Of a stretch of 40,742 nucleotides of DNA, positions 1-9,737 are shown piece by piece (positions within the stretch are counted from its first letter, which is position 1; each line of letters opens with the position of its first letter). Made by a program: the position numbers and the translations under genes. The notes under the pieces are model-generated. The model was not told the origin of the DNA. It searched no databases and was given only the letters and a program-made list of their open reading frames with translations. Where the stretch lies: sequence record SRR22947727_348; one strand, 5' to 3'.

Positions 1-1
1 C

Positions 2-430
2 ACAGCCGCCTATTCTGCCGAAATTTTCTATGGCGCGCTGCAATCTATTCCCAAGGGAGATTTGGATGCTGCTGATGCCTATGCGCTCTCTGGATGGGCG
101 CGGTTTCGCCGGATCATCTGGCCCACCATGTTACGGCTGGGCTGGCCTGGTTATACCAATGAGGCAATCTTTTTATTTCACTCTACAACGCTGGTGTTTT
201 TTTCAGCCTTTCCAGCCTGGCAGCAGCGCGGAGATGCTTTATACTACGCCAACTATTTTGCCGATAAAACCTTCAACCCGTTTATTCCCTATCCAATTTT
301 AGCCGGGTATTTCGTTTTGCTGACGTTTTTGATTTTGGTTCTTTTTGGCCTTATCAACAAACGCCTTAACCGGCACCTGCCCCCCGATCAAACCGCGCGC
401 TTGAAACTGCGCCCAACGCTAATTCGCTAG
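2..430 (+). CDS. Polar amino acid/amine ABC transporter permease (5' end cut by window)
   Basis: The frame is open from base 2. TAAYSAEIFYGALQSIPKGDLDAADAYALSG matches the HisM/GlnP-type EAA-loop region, and the C-terminus has hydrophobic TM segments. Confidence 0.85.
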   Translation, partial: TAAYSAEIFYGALQSIPKGDLDAADAYALSGWARFRRIIWPTMLRLGWPGYTNEAIFLFHSTTLVFFSAFPAWQQRGDALYYANYFADKTFNPFIPYPILAGYFVLLTFLILVLFGLINKRLNRHLPPDQTARLKLRPTLIR

Positions 431-521
431 ATTTTTCAAGCCATTCTCTTTAAGCACAATCTGTCCAACCCCTTCGTTAGGAGGCTGTGAGTGGTTCAAA
501 TAAACAAACAAGGGCAGACCA

Positions 522-1838
522 ATGGATCTGGATAATATCGATACGTTTCGAATCGCCACATGCGATTTAAACGGCCAAATGCGCGGCAAGCGCATGCCCC
601 AAAAAGATCAGAGAAAATTGGCCTCAGGCGATCTGCGTATGCCATTATCTGTGCTGAACGTAGATATTTGGGGGGCAGATATTATCAATAGCCCGCTCTT
701 ATTTGCGTCTGGCGACGGCGATGGCTATCTGCTGCCAACCAATCGAGGGCCTGTGCCAATGCCCTGGCTTGACCAACCAAGCGCATTGGTAGGGATGTGG
801 ATGTTTGAAGAGGATGGACGCCCTTTTGAAGGAGATCCTCGGCACGCTTTGGCCCAAATTCTGGACCGCTACGCCGCGCGCGGATGGCAGGTTGTGGCCG
901 CCACCGAGCTTGAATTTTATCTGATCGATGACAGTGCTGAAAGCCTGAGGCCGCCAAAAGACCCCGCCAGCAATCGCAAAATCGACTCCAGCGCAATTCT
1001 ATCCTTGCAACAGTTAGACGCGTTTGAAGCCTTTTTCTCAGAGCTTTATCAAAGCTGCGCACAGATGGGGATCAACGCACAAGCCGCCTCTTCTGAAGCG
1101 GGTATCGGGCAATTCGAAATCAGCCTTCAACATGGCGATGCGTTGCGCATTGCGGATGATACATGGCTTTTTAAAACCTTGCTCAAAGGCCTGGCACGCA
1201 AGCATGGCTATGCCGGCAGCTTTATGGCCAAACCCTACCCAAACGATGCAGGAAATGGCTTACATCTGCATTTCTCAGTTATTGATGAGGCCGGAGAAAA
1301 TATTTTTGATGACGGCACAAAACAGGGATCACCCCTGCTGCAAAACGCCATCGCAGGCTGCCTTGTCACGATGCGTGCCGCCACGCTTGGCTTTGCACCC
1401 CATGCCAATAGCTATACGCGTATGGATCCGGAAAACCACGCCCCCACATCAATTTGTTGGGGCTACGAAAACCGTACGGCCGCGCTGCGCATTCCTGCAG
1501 GCGCGCATAGAGCCCGGCGGATCGAGCATCGTGTTGCAGGCGGCGATATAAACCCTTTTTTGACGCTGAGCCTTATACTAGGTGCAGCGCTGCTTGGCAT
1601 CGAAGATGATCTTACTCCGCCGCCGCCCATCACGGGCAACGCTTACAGCCAAGATCTGCCACAATTGATCCATAGCTGGTCTGAAGCGATAGATATGTTT
1701 GAAAACGATCCGATGATTGCCCGGATCTTACCCGCACAACTTATTGAAAACTTTTCTTTAACCAAGCGCCAAGAACTTGACGGCTTGAAGAATATTCCGC
1801 AAGAAGAGCACTGGAAAATATATCTTGAAACGGTGTAA
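522..1838 (+). CDS. Glutamine synthetase family protein (gamma-glutamyl-amine ligase-like)
   Basis: GS motifs: DLNGQMRGK, ELEFYL, EAGIGQFEI, FMAKP..GNGLHLHFS, WGYENRTAALRIP, RIEHR. Confidence 0.92.
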   Translation: MDLDNIDTFRIATCDLNGQMRGKRMPQKDQRKLASGDLRMPLSVLNVDIWGADIINSPLLFASGDGDGYLLPTNRGPVPMPWLDQPSALVGMWMFEEDGRPFEGDPRHALAQILDRYAARGWQVVAATELEFYLIDDSAESLRPPKDPASNRKIDSSAILSLQQLDAFEAFFSELYQSCAQMGINAQAASSEAGIGQFEISLQHGDALRIADDTWLFKTLLKGLARKHGYAGSFMAKPYPNDAGNGLHLHFSVIDEAGENIFDDGTKQGSPLLQNAIAGCLVTMRAATLGFAPHANSYTRMDPENHAPTSICWGYENRTAALRIPAGAHRARRIEHRVAGGDINPFLTLSLILGAALLGIEDDLTPPPPITGNAYSQDLPQLIHSWSEAIDMFENDPMIARILPAQLIENFSLTKRQELDGLKNIPQEEHWKIYLETV

Positions 1839-1886
1839 CCTACACCTGCAACGATACAACGCCTTTCGAACGGCAAGTAGGGTTTT

Positions 1887-2567
1887 ATGAAAATCGGCAT
1901 CTTACAGGCTGGCCACACCCCGGACGAAATGCGCCCGCAGACAGAGAATTACGGCGGGCTCTGCGCCGCTTTATTAGACGGGCATGGCTTTAAATTTGAC
2001 GAGTTCAGCGTGGTCAATGAGCAGTTTCCAAAAGATGAATTTCAAGCCGATGCCTGGTTGATCACCGGCTCACGCCACGGAGTTTACGAAGATCTGCCGT
2101 TTATCAAACCTTTAAAGGCGCTCATCTTGCGCATTGTTGCTGCGAAAAAGCCCTTGGTTGGAATATGTTTTGGTCACCAAATCATCGCCCAAACCATGGG
2201 TGGGCATGTTGAAAAGTTTTCCGGCGGCTGGAGCATCGGCCTGACCGACTATCAATTTGAAGGCCAGAAGGTGCGCATAAACGCTTGGCACCAAGATCAG
2301 GTGGTCACTCTGCCCCCCAAAGCCCGCTGCACAGGCTCTAACGGCTTTTGCAAATACGCCTTCCTCGAATATGGAGACGCTATTTTTTCGCTGCAAGCGC
2401 ATCCAGAATTCGACAGCGCCTTCATCCACGGATTGATCCAGTTCCGGGGCAAAAAAAACGTGCCGCAAACATTGCTGGAAACGGCCCAAAGCAAATTATC
2501 TGATCCGAATTCAAATGATATTTTGGCGGAAAAAATTGCCGCATTTTTCAAATCGAAAGCAGGTTAA
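1887..2567 (+). CDS. Class I glutamine amidotransferase-like protein (candidate gamma-glutamyl hydrolase)
   Basis: GICFGHQ nucleophile motif, WHQD and QAHPEF (Cys-His-Glu triad). Confidence 0.92.
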   Translation: MKIGILQAGHTPDEMRPQTENYGGLCAALLDGHGFKFDEFSVVNEQFPKDEFQADAWLITGSRHGVYEDLPFIKPLKALILRIVAAKKPLVGICFGHQIIAQTMGGHVEKFSGGWSIGLTDYQFEGQKVRINAWHQDQVVTLPPKARCTGSNGFCKYAFLEYGDAIFSLQAHPEFDSAFIHGLIQFRGKKNVPQTLLETAQSKLSDPNSNDILAEKIAAFFKSKAG

Positions 2568-2568
2568 G

Positions 2569-3936
2569 ATGCCCAGTCTTGATGAAATTTTTAAGCAAAT
2601 GCCCAACGCCGCTTTGGCCTATTTAAAAGATCAAAAGCTGGATGAGATCGAATGCGTGATCGCTGATTTACCCGGAATCGCGCGCGGAAAAGCTGTACCA
2701 GCAACCAAGTTTGCTCGGCAAAACACGTTTTATTTACCCGATTCAATCTTTTATCAAACCATCACGGGCGGCTGGGGTGAAGCCGCGGGGGAAGGCGGGT
2801 TTATCGAACGCGATATGCTGTTGAAACCGGATTATTCCACCGCAACTGCCGCGCCATGGACGGGTGATTTTACGCTGCAAGTGATCCATGATGCTTATGA
2901 TCGCAAAGATGAGCCAATCTTATTTTCTCCCCGCAACGTGCTAAAGCGGGTTGTCGAGCTTTACAGAAAAGAAGGTTGGGAACCGGTTGTCGCTCCGGAG
3001 ATGGAGTTTTTTCTGGTCGCCCGCAATATTGATCCGGCCAAACCCATCGAAGCCATGATGGGGCGTTCGGGGCGTCCGGCCGCCGCGCGCCAGTCCTATT
3101 CTATGACTGCGGTAGATGAATTCGGTCCAGTGATCGACGATATTTATGATTTTGCGGAAGCCCAAGGGTTTGAGATTGACGGGATCACCCAAGAAGGCGG
3201 CGCCGGTCAGCTGGAAATCAATCTCCGCCATGGAGATCCAGTGCGGCTTGCAGATGAAGTATTCTATTTCAAGCGTTTGATACGCGAAGCGGCGCTGCGC
3301 CATGATTGCTTTGCCACCTTTATGGCCAAACCGATCGCCGAAGAACCCGGCAGCGCGATGCATCTTCATCATTCGATCATCGATATCGAAACGGGGGCAA
3401 ATGTGTTTTCCGGCCCCCAAGGCGGCGAAACAGATTTGTTTTATAACTTCATCGCAGGGCTGCAAACGCATTTGCCATCAGCGATTGCGGTTCTGGCGCC
3501 CTATGTGAATTCCTATCGCCGCTATGTCAAAGACCATGCCGCCCCGATTAACCTATCTTGGGCGCGTGACAATCGGACAGCGGGGATCCGCATTCCGATT
3601 TCTGAGCCTCAGGCAAGGCGGGTTGAGAACAGGATCGCGGGGATGGATTGCAACCCCTATTTAGGGATCGCTGTGTCTTTGGCATGCGGATATTTGGGAA
3701 TGAAAAATGAATTGCGGCCCTCGAAACAATATCGCGGCGATGCATATGAGGGGCGCGAAGACCTGCCCCGCGGCATGGGCGAAGCGCTTGGGCTTTTTGA
3801 AGACGCGTCCGAATTGCATGAAATTTTAGGATCCGAATTTACGCGGGTGTATTCTATTGTAAAACGCGCCGAATATGACGAGTTTTTACAGGTCATTAGC
3901 CCTTGGGAACGCGAACATCTTCTTTTAAACGTATGA
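2569..3936 (+). CDS. Glutamine synthetase family protein (second paralogue)
   Basis: DLPGIARGK, PEMEFF, EGGAGQLEI, FMAKP..PGSAMHLHHS, DNRTAGIRIP, RVENR. Start moved to ATG 2569, just after the upstream stop. Confidence 0.92.
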   Translation: MPSLDEIFKQMPNAALAYLKDQKLDEIECVIADLPGIARGKAVPATKFARQNTFYLPDSIFYQTITGGWGEAAGEGGFIERDMLLKPDYSTATAAPWTGDFTLQVIHDAYDRKDEPILFSPRNVLKRVVELYRKEGWEPVVAPEMEFFLVARNIDPAKPIEAMMGRSGRPAAARQSYSMTAVDEFGPVIDDIYDFAEAQGFEIDGITQEGGAGQLEINLRHGDPVRLADEVFYFKRLIREAALRHDCFATFMAKPIAEEPGSAMHLHHSIIDIETGANVFSGPQGGETDLFYNFIAGLQTHLPSAIAVLAPYVNSYRRYVKDHAAPINLSWARDNRTAGIRIPISEPQARRVENRIAGMDCNPYLGIAVSLACGYLGMKNELRPSKQYRGDAYEGREDLPRGMGEALGLFEDASELHEILGSEFTRVYSIVKRAEYDEFLQVISPWEREHLLLNV

Positions 3937-5237
3937 ACCTGCTCGACGCCAATGATCAACCCGGGCAATACCCGCCCAGTTGGTATGCTGCGACAACGCA
4001 ATTTTTACCGTCCTTTCCCAGCTTTGACGGAACGGATAATACGGATATTTGCATTATCGGAGCCGGATATACCGGCTTATCAGCGGCGCTGCATTTGGCC
4101 AATCAGGGCTGTGCAGTCACGCTTTTAGAGGCGCAGCGCGTCGGATTTGGCGCGTCGGGGCGCAATGGTGGCCAATTAGGGTCAGGGCAAAGGCTGGATC
4201 AAGAAACCTTGCTGCGCTGGCTGGGGCCACAATCGGCGGATACCCTTTGGGATCTGGCGGAAGAGGCTATTGATTGCAGCAAATCCTTGATTAAGAAGCA
4301 CAAAATTGATTGCTTTTTAAAACCCGGCATCGCCGAGCTTGGGTTTTCAAACGCAGACAGGCAAAACCTTCATCGTAGTGCAGCGTTTTTACAAAAACGC
4401 TATGGCTATGATAAAATCACGCTGCTCGATGAAGCGGCAAGCCAAGCGCTCTGCCCTTCTGCGCTGTATAAAGGCGGAGTTTTGGATCACGGAAGCGCGC
4501 ATCTGCATCCTTTGCGCTATGTTTTGGGATTGGCAAAAGCAGCCGCAGCCGCGGGCGTTCGCATCTATGAAAATACTCGCGTCATCGATCTAAAAGATGG
4601 GGTTAAGCCAACGATTACAACTGCAAACGGACAGATCACCTGCGCGCAGGTAATTCTGGCCTGCAATGGCTATTTGGGCAAGCTCCACCCAAAAATAGCC
4701 CGGCACGTGATGCCTATTAATAATTTCATTGCTGCAACAGAACCGCTGGGCCCGGCAACCACACGCGTGTTAACCCAAGATGTGGCGGTGGCAGATACCA
4801 AGTTCGTGGTGAATTATTTCCGATTGTCGCATGATGGAAGGCTGCTCTTTGGCGGGGGTGAAAGCTACGGCTATCGCTTCCCCACCGACATTGCAGCCAA
4901 AGTCCGCACACCGATGTTGAAAATTTTTCCGCATCTCAAAGATGTTAAACTTGAATATGCATGGGGCGGCACGCTTGGCATCACTATGCGCCGAACGCCC
5001 TATTTTGCAAGGATGTCAAAAAACATCATCACAGCTTCGGGATATTCGGGCCATGGTGTGGGCACCGCTACGCATGCCGGAAAATTGATCGGACAGGCAA
5101 TTATGGGCCAAGCCAACGGATTTGATACGATGTCGCAAATCCCTCAGCTTCCATTCCCGGGGGGCCGCTACGCACGCCTGCCGCTGCTTGTACTGGCCAT
5201 GACATGGTACAGTCTGCGCGACCGATTGGGACTTTAA
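3933..5237 (+). CDS. FAD-dependent oxidoreductase, PuuB/gamma-glutamylputrescine oxidase-like
   Basis: IIGAGYTGLSAA dinucleotide fold, GASGRNGG and GYSGHGV. ATGA overlap with the GS stop at 3933-3936. Confidence 0.88.
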   Translation: MNLLDANDQPGQYPPSWYAATTQFLPSFPSFDGTDNTDICIIGAGYTGLSAALHLANQGCAVTLLEAQRVGFGASGRNGGQLGSGQRLDQETLLRWLGPQSADTLWDLAEEAIDCSKSLIKKHKIDCFLKPGIAELGFSNADRQNLHRSAAFLQKRYGYDKITLLDEAASQALCPSALYKGGVLDHGSAHLHPLRYVLGLAKAAAAAGVRIYENTRVIDLKDGVKPTITTANGQITCAQVILACNGYLGKLHPKIARHVMPINNFIAATEPLGPATTRVLTQDVAVADTKFVVNYFRLSHDGRLLFGGGESYGYRFPTDIAAKVRTPMLKIFPHLKDVKLEYAWGGTLGITMRRTPYFARMSKNIITASGYSGHGVGTATHAGKLIGQAIMGQANGFDTMSQIPQLPFPGGRYARLPLLVLAMTWYSLRDRLGL

Positions 5238-5286
5238 CAGGGCCTATGCCGCGCTGCTGACAGGCTGCTACCCCTCGCTGAGACCA

Positions 5287-5877
5287 TTAAGATCCCAGCT
5301 TGCTCAGCTTTTCTTGAAGATCCGCCAATTGGCTTTTGATTTGCTGCAAATCTTCATCAGCCGCGCTTGACGTTGTAGGCGCGGCCTGTGGCGCAGGGCT
5401 TGCCGCTGCGGGATTATCCTCGGCCGCACCTGGCCAGGCCGCGAAGCCCGATGTCATCGCTTTCACAAACGCCTCTTGCTGCGCGCGCAAAGCATCAAAA
5501 CCGGGTACCTGCGACAAAGCGTTACCCCCGCCCATATTTTCAAAAATTTTCGCTTGACCATCGCGCATCATATCAAAAGACATGGCCAAGACCTGCGGCA
5601 CGATACTCGATGCCTGCGTCGTGTAACTGCGCACCAAATCATTCAACACATTGATTGGAAGAACGCTTTCACCCCGGCTTTCATGCTCGGCGATAATTTG
5701 CAATAAATATTGGCGGGTTAAATCATCCCCGGACTTCAAATCAACGATTTGAACGTCGCGCCCGTCACGCACGAAACCTGCAATATCTTCAAGCGTCACA
5801 TAATCGCTTGTTTCCGTATTGTATAAGCGCCGGCTCGCATAGCGCTTGATCAACAAAGGTTTATTGGCTGTAGACAC
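5287..5877 (-). CDS. phaR: PHA synthesis repressor PhaR
   Basis: IKRYASRRLYNTETSDYVTLEDI and GDDLTRQYLLQII are the PhaR N-terminal signature. GTG start with GGGAGG RBS; next to phaP/phaC. Confidence 0.95.
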   Translation of the reverse strand: MSTANKPLLIKRYASRRLYNTETSDYVTLEDIAGFVRDGRDVQIVDLKSGDDLTRQYLLQIIAEHESRGESVLPINVLNDLVRSYTTQASSIVPQVLAMSFDMMRDGQAKIFENMGGGNALSQVPGFDALRAQQEAFVKAMTSGFAAWPGAAEDNPAAASPAPQAAPTTSSAADEDLQQIKSQLADLQEKLSKLGS

Positions 5878-5926
5878 GCAGACCTCCCAAAAATGCAGCA
5901 GTGCAGAAAAACATTACGCGCTTGCG

Positions 5927-5962
5927 AAAAGAAAAGAAAGGGTGCGCCGAAGCACACCCTTT
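5927..5962 (-). terminator. Rho-independent terminator of phaP
   Basis: Minus strand AAAGGGTGTGC-TTCG-GCGCACCCTTT (cUUCGg loop) followed by CTTTTCTTTT. Confidence 0.85.
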
Positions 5963-6015
5963 ACTGTGAATTGCCTCTGGGAGGAAAGGCAAAACTATCA
6001 TGTGGTCCTATTTGC

Positions 6016-6435
6016 TTAGGCAGCCGCTTTTTTAGTGGCTTTCTTAACCGCAGCAGATGCATCTTCGCTAAAATCCTTACCCGCGGTCATCATCAAATCA
6101 ACCGTTTCAGTTTGAACTTTCTTTGCCACTTCGGCAAAGGCTGCCATATTTTCGGCCGCAACTTCAGCCTGCGCAGAGGCAAACTCTGTCATCACTTTTA
6201 CGTAATCGGCTGGATCTGTATTTGCTTTTGAAATTGTGCTTAAGCGCGACAATGTCTCTTTTGTCCATTTGTTTGAGATTTCAGCGCTTTTTTCCGCAGC
6301 TTCCACTGCCACGCTGGCAAATTTCTCATTCAGGGCTGTCGTGCCTTTCATCGCTTCTTCGAAAGACTTTGTATCAACAGGAAATGCACCCATCATATCT
6401 TTGAAAAAACCCGTCATATCGTTCAAATTTGTCAT
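6016..6435 (-). CDS. phaP: Phasin PhaP
   Basis: 139-aa Ala/Lys-rich helical protein between phaC and phaR. ATG 6435 is preceded by GAGGAAAG. Confidence 0.88.
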   Translation of the reverse strand: MTNLNDMTGFFKDMMGAFPVDTKSFEEAMKGTTALNEKFASVAVEAAEKSAEISNKWTKETLSRLSTISKANTDPADYVKVMTEFASAQAEVAAENMAAFAEVAKKVQTETVDLMMTAGKDFSEDASAAVKKATKKAAA

Positions 6436-6488
6436 TCTACTTTCCTCAGCTGGGCGGCGATATCCGCGATCCCTTAAGCAACATATAG

Positions 6489-6528
6489 ATGCTGCAATGC
6501 AGCATTGCAAGTTTTTTCTGCAGTGCAG
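6489..6528. promoter_or_regulatory. Two PhaR operators upstream of phaP
   Basis: CTGC-AAT-GCAG (6492-6502, inside the inverted repeat ATGCTGCA-A-TGCAGCAT) and CTGC-AGT-GCAG (6518-6528) match the CTGC-N3-GCAG PhaR site of Rhodobacter/Paracoccus. Confidence 0.8.
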
Positions 6529-6569
6529 CATAAAAATGTTAAAAGCTGCGCAATCACCGCTGAAAGCGG

Positions 6570-8354
6570 CTAGAGCCGCACATAACGCCCGGGTGCATCG
6601 GGAAGGTTTTCGCGCTCAGCTTCGGAAAAATGGCGCGCGGCGATTTTTTTACCGGACCGACGGGTCAGCCATGCGCTCCAACTGGGCCACCAGCTGCCAG
6701 AATTAAAATCTGCTGTTTTCTGCCACTGATCACTAGAGAGGGTTAAATCTTGGTTCGTGAAATGGCCATATTTCTTTTTACTGGGAGGGTTGATAATTCC
6801 TGCGATATGGCCTGACTGGGATAAAATAAACTGTTTTGAGCGACTGCCCATTCCCTGCACGCCCCGGTAACTGTCTTTCCAGGCCGCGATATGATCGGTC
6901 TCGCAGCCAATTGCGCACACGGGAACTTTGACATCTTTTAAGTGTAAACTCTCTCCCAACAACGTTATGCCTTGCGTGGCGAAAGCATCACTTTGGCATA
7001 ATTTGCGCAAATATTGCACGGCCATCCGCCCGGGAAGGTTGGTACCATCTCCATTCCAAAACAGCAGATCAAACGCCGGCGGCGCTTCGCCCATCATATA
7101 ACTTTTTATCGCTGGCTTATAAATCAGATCATTGGCGCGCAAAAAGCTAAACGTGCGCGCCATAACAAAGCTTTTCAGCATACCGCGCTGCGCAACTTCT
7201 TGTTCAATCCCATCGATAAAATCATTTTGCAGGAATGGGGTGAATTCGCCCTGTTGTGAAAAATCCGTAAGCGTGGTGAAAAAACTTGCCGAATTCACAG
7301 AAGAATCTCCGCGTTTTTTCAGCAAGGCCAAAGTCAGCGCCAATGTTGTGCCGCCAATACAATAGCCAACTGCGTTCACTTGGCTCTGCGCGCTGCGCGC
7401 CTTCACTTCACGGATAGCGGTCAAAAACCCATCTTCGATATATGTTTCCAACCCAACATCACGGTAACTGTCATCAGGATTGACCCAAGACACCACAAAC
7501 ACGCTAAAGCCCTGCTCTGTCAGCCATTTGATAAGACTGTTCTGGGCTTTTAAATCCAAAACGTAAAATTTATTGATCCAAGGCGGAAAAATGAGAAGAG
7601 GAATCGCGTGCACAACTTCGCTGGAGGGGCTGTATTGCAGCAATTCAAACATCCGGTTTTCAAAAACAACCTTGCCCGGGCTATTGGCAATATTGACCCC
7701 CAATTCGAACACTTTGTCATTTGCCAGCTTCACAACCAGCTCACCCTGGTTATCCTCTAAATCCGAGATTAGGTTTTCCAACCCATCAATCAAAGATTGG
7801 CCATCTGTTTCGATCGCGCGCTCCAGCGCATCTGGATTGGTGCCTAGAAAATTTGTGGGCGCCATCATATCAATGATTTGATCGGTAAAAAATGACAGGC
7901 GTTTTTGTTCAACGGCCGCTAAGCCATCCATGCTGCGCGCCGCGCTGCGCAAAGCTGCCGCATTCTGCAAATATTGGTCTTTTACAAAACTAAAATAAGG
8001 GTGGCTCTGCCACATCGGATTGGAAAACCGAGGATCCGGATTAGTGGCTGATGATTCCCCACCCACGCTTTGCATTCCACCAAGGTTTTGCTGCAGCGTT
8101 GCAAAATGCCTTAAAGATTTCCCCCAATATTCAACCTGCTGCGCCATTAATCGCGCCGGGTTCTTCACCGCCTCTTCCCAATAAGCATGCGAAGCTTTGA
8201 CCATCAAATCCGGGCCGGGGCCGCTCAAAGCCGGGGCTACGGCCTGTTTGTTCTGCACAAGAGTTAAAAAGCGCTGCGACAGCTCTTCCAGCTTGACCAA
8301 ATTTTCACTCATTTGGTCAGCTTTTTCTGCAACTGCATTGTCTTTTCTTGTCAT
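6570..8354 (-). CDS. phaC: Class I polyhydroxyalkanoate synthase
   Basis: PPWINKFYVLDL, lipase box GYCIGG, DHIA, SGHIAG, GSWWPSW and APGRYV. Confidence 0.97.
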   Translation of the reverse strand: MTRKDNAVAEKADQMSENLVKLEELSQRFLTLVQNKQAVAPALSGPGPDLMVKASHAYWEEAVKNPARLMAQQVEYWGKSLRHFATLQQNLGGMQSVGGESSATNPDPRFSNPMWQSHPYFSFVKDQYLQNAAALRSAARSMDGLAAVEQKRLSFFTDQIIDMMAPTNFLGTNPDALERAIETDGQSLIDGLENLISDLEDNQGELVVKLANDKVFELGVNIANSPGKVVFENRMFELLQYSPSSEVVHAIPLLIFPPWINKFYVLDLKAQNSLIKWLTEQGFSVFVVSWVNPDDSYRDVGLETYIEDGFLTAIREVKARSAQSQVNAVGYCIGGTTLALTLALLKKRGDSSVNSASFFTTLTDFSQQGEFTPFLQNDFIDGIEQEVAQRGMLKSFVMARTFSFLRANDLIYKPAIKSYMMGEAPPAFDLLFWNGDGTNLPGRMAVQYLRKLCQSDAFATQGITLLGESLHLKDVKVPVCAIGCETDHIAAWKDSYRGVQGMGSRSKQFILSQSGHIAGIINPPSKKKYGHFTNQDLTLSSDQWQKTADFNSGSWWPSWSAWLTRRSGKKIAARHFSEAERENLPDAPGRYVRL

Positions 8355-8378
8355 TTTTGCATTTTTCAGTTAATATTT

Positions 8379-8389
8379 CTGCTATGCAG
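8379..8389. promoter_or_regulatory. PhaR operator in the divergent phaC/phaZ promoter region
   Basis: CTGC-TAT-GCAG. Confidence 0.7.
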
Positions 8390-8459
8390 CATAACAGCGC
8401 CGGATAAAAATTCCAAGCGTCGATGCAAAGCGGCAAAATGGTTAAGTTTGGAGCAGAAA

Positions 8460-9737
8460 ATGCGGTTTATGGCGAATTATGATTTCATGGAAACCATGCG
8501 CAATACCAACCAGTGGATTGGCGCAAGCGCGCAAGCCTTTGCCTCAAATCCCGGTTTCGCAATGATGCCCAACCCTGCGCTTGAATGGATGGCCGCCTGG
8601 GGGCAAGTGACCGAGCGCAGTTTTCAACGGATGAGCGTAAAGCCTGATTGGGGAATTGATAGCATGCCCGGTGCAGATGGGCGGGATCATGTGGTAGAGC
8701 CAAAAGCCGTTTTGAAAGCCCCCTTTGGCGACTTGGTGCATTTTGACGTACAAGATCGGCCCACCGCGCCGCGAAAAGTGTTGTTGGTGGCGCCCATGTC
8801 AGGCCATTATGCGACCTTGCTGCGCTCGACAGTGAAAAGCCTGATCCCCGATTGTGAAGTTTATATCACCGATTGGCATAATGCGCGGGACATTCCTGTA
8901 TCAGATGGTAAATTCGATATTGAAGATTATACGCTTTATTTGGTGGATTATTTGCGCCACCTGGGACCCGACACGCATGTAATCGCCGTGTGCCAACCCG
9001 TGCCCTTGGCGCTGGCCGCCACAGCCTATCTGGCGCAAGAAGATCCAAAGGCGCAGCCCCTCAGCCTGACCTTAATCGGGGGGCCAATTGATCCGGATGC
9101 AAACCCAACCGATGTCACTGATTTTGGCCATCGCGTCACAATGGGGCAGCTTGAACAGACCCTGATCCAGCGCGTTGGGTTTAAATATGCTGGCGTTGGC
9201 CGAAAAGTTTATCCCGGGTTACTTCAATTATCCTCATTTATGTCGATGAATGCCGAGCGCCACACGCTGGCCTTTCGCGATCAAGTTTTGAAAGTGATCC
9301 GCGGCGAGGCATCGGATCACGATCCGCATAACAAGTTCTATGACGAATATCTTGCAGTTATGGACATGACCGCTGAATTTTATCTGAGCACCGTTGAACG
9401 CATTTTCAAATCGCGCGAGATCGCGCAAAACACGTTTAGCATCGCGGGTAAGGCGATTGATTTTGGCGCGATAACGGATGTGGCCATCAAAACCGTAGAA
9501 GGTGCCAAAGATGATATCTCAGCGCCGGGCCAATGCGTCGCAGCGTTGGCGCTTTGCACGGGGCTGTCAGCGGATAAGAAAGCCAGCCATTTAGAACCCG
9601 ATACCGGACATTACGGTATTTTTGCTGGCAAAAGTTGGCGCAACAACATTCGCCCCTTGGTGCTCGAATTTATCGATGCGAACAGTAAACGGCGTCTAGA
9701 AACACGCTCAAAAAAAGCAAACCTGCCCAAGGTTTAG
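8460..9737 (+). CDS. phaZ: Intracellular PHB depolymerase
   Basis: VAPMSGHYATLLR, AVCQP, GGPID, FYDEYLAVMD and GHYGIF. ATG 8460 follows GGAG. Confidence 0.95.
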   Translation: MRFMANYDFMETMRNTNQWIGASAQAFASNPGFAMMPNPALEWMAAWGQVTERSFQRMSVKPDWGIDSMPGADGRDHVVEPKAVLKAPFGDLVHFDVQDRPTAPRKVLLVAPMSGHYATLLRSTVKSLIPDCEVYITDWHNARDIPVSDGKFDIEDYTLYLVDYLRHLGPDTHVIAVCQPVPLALAATAYLAQEDPKAQPLSLTLIGGPIDPDANPTDVTDFGHRVTMGQLEQTLIQRVGFKYAGVGRKVYPGLLQLSSFMSMNAERHTLAFRDQVLKVIRGEASDHDPHNKFYDEYLAVMDMTAEFYLSTVERIFKSREIAQNTFSIAGKAIDFGAITDVAIKTVEGAKDDISAPGQCVAALALCTGLSADKKASHLEPDTGHYGIFAGKSWRNNIRPLVLEFIDANSKRRLETRSKKANLPKV

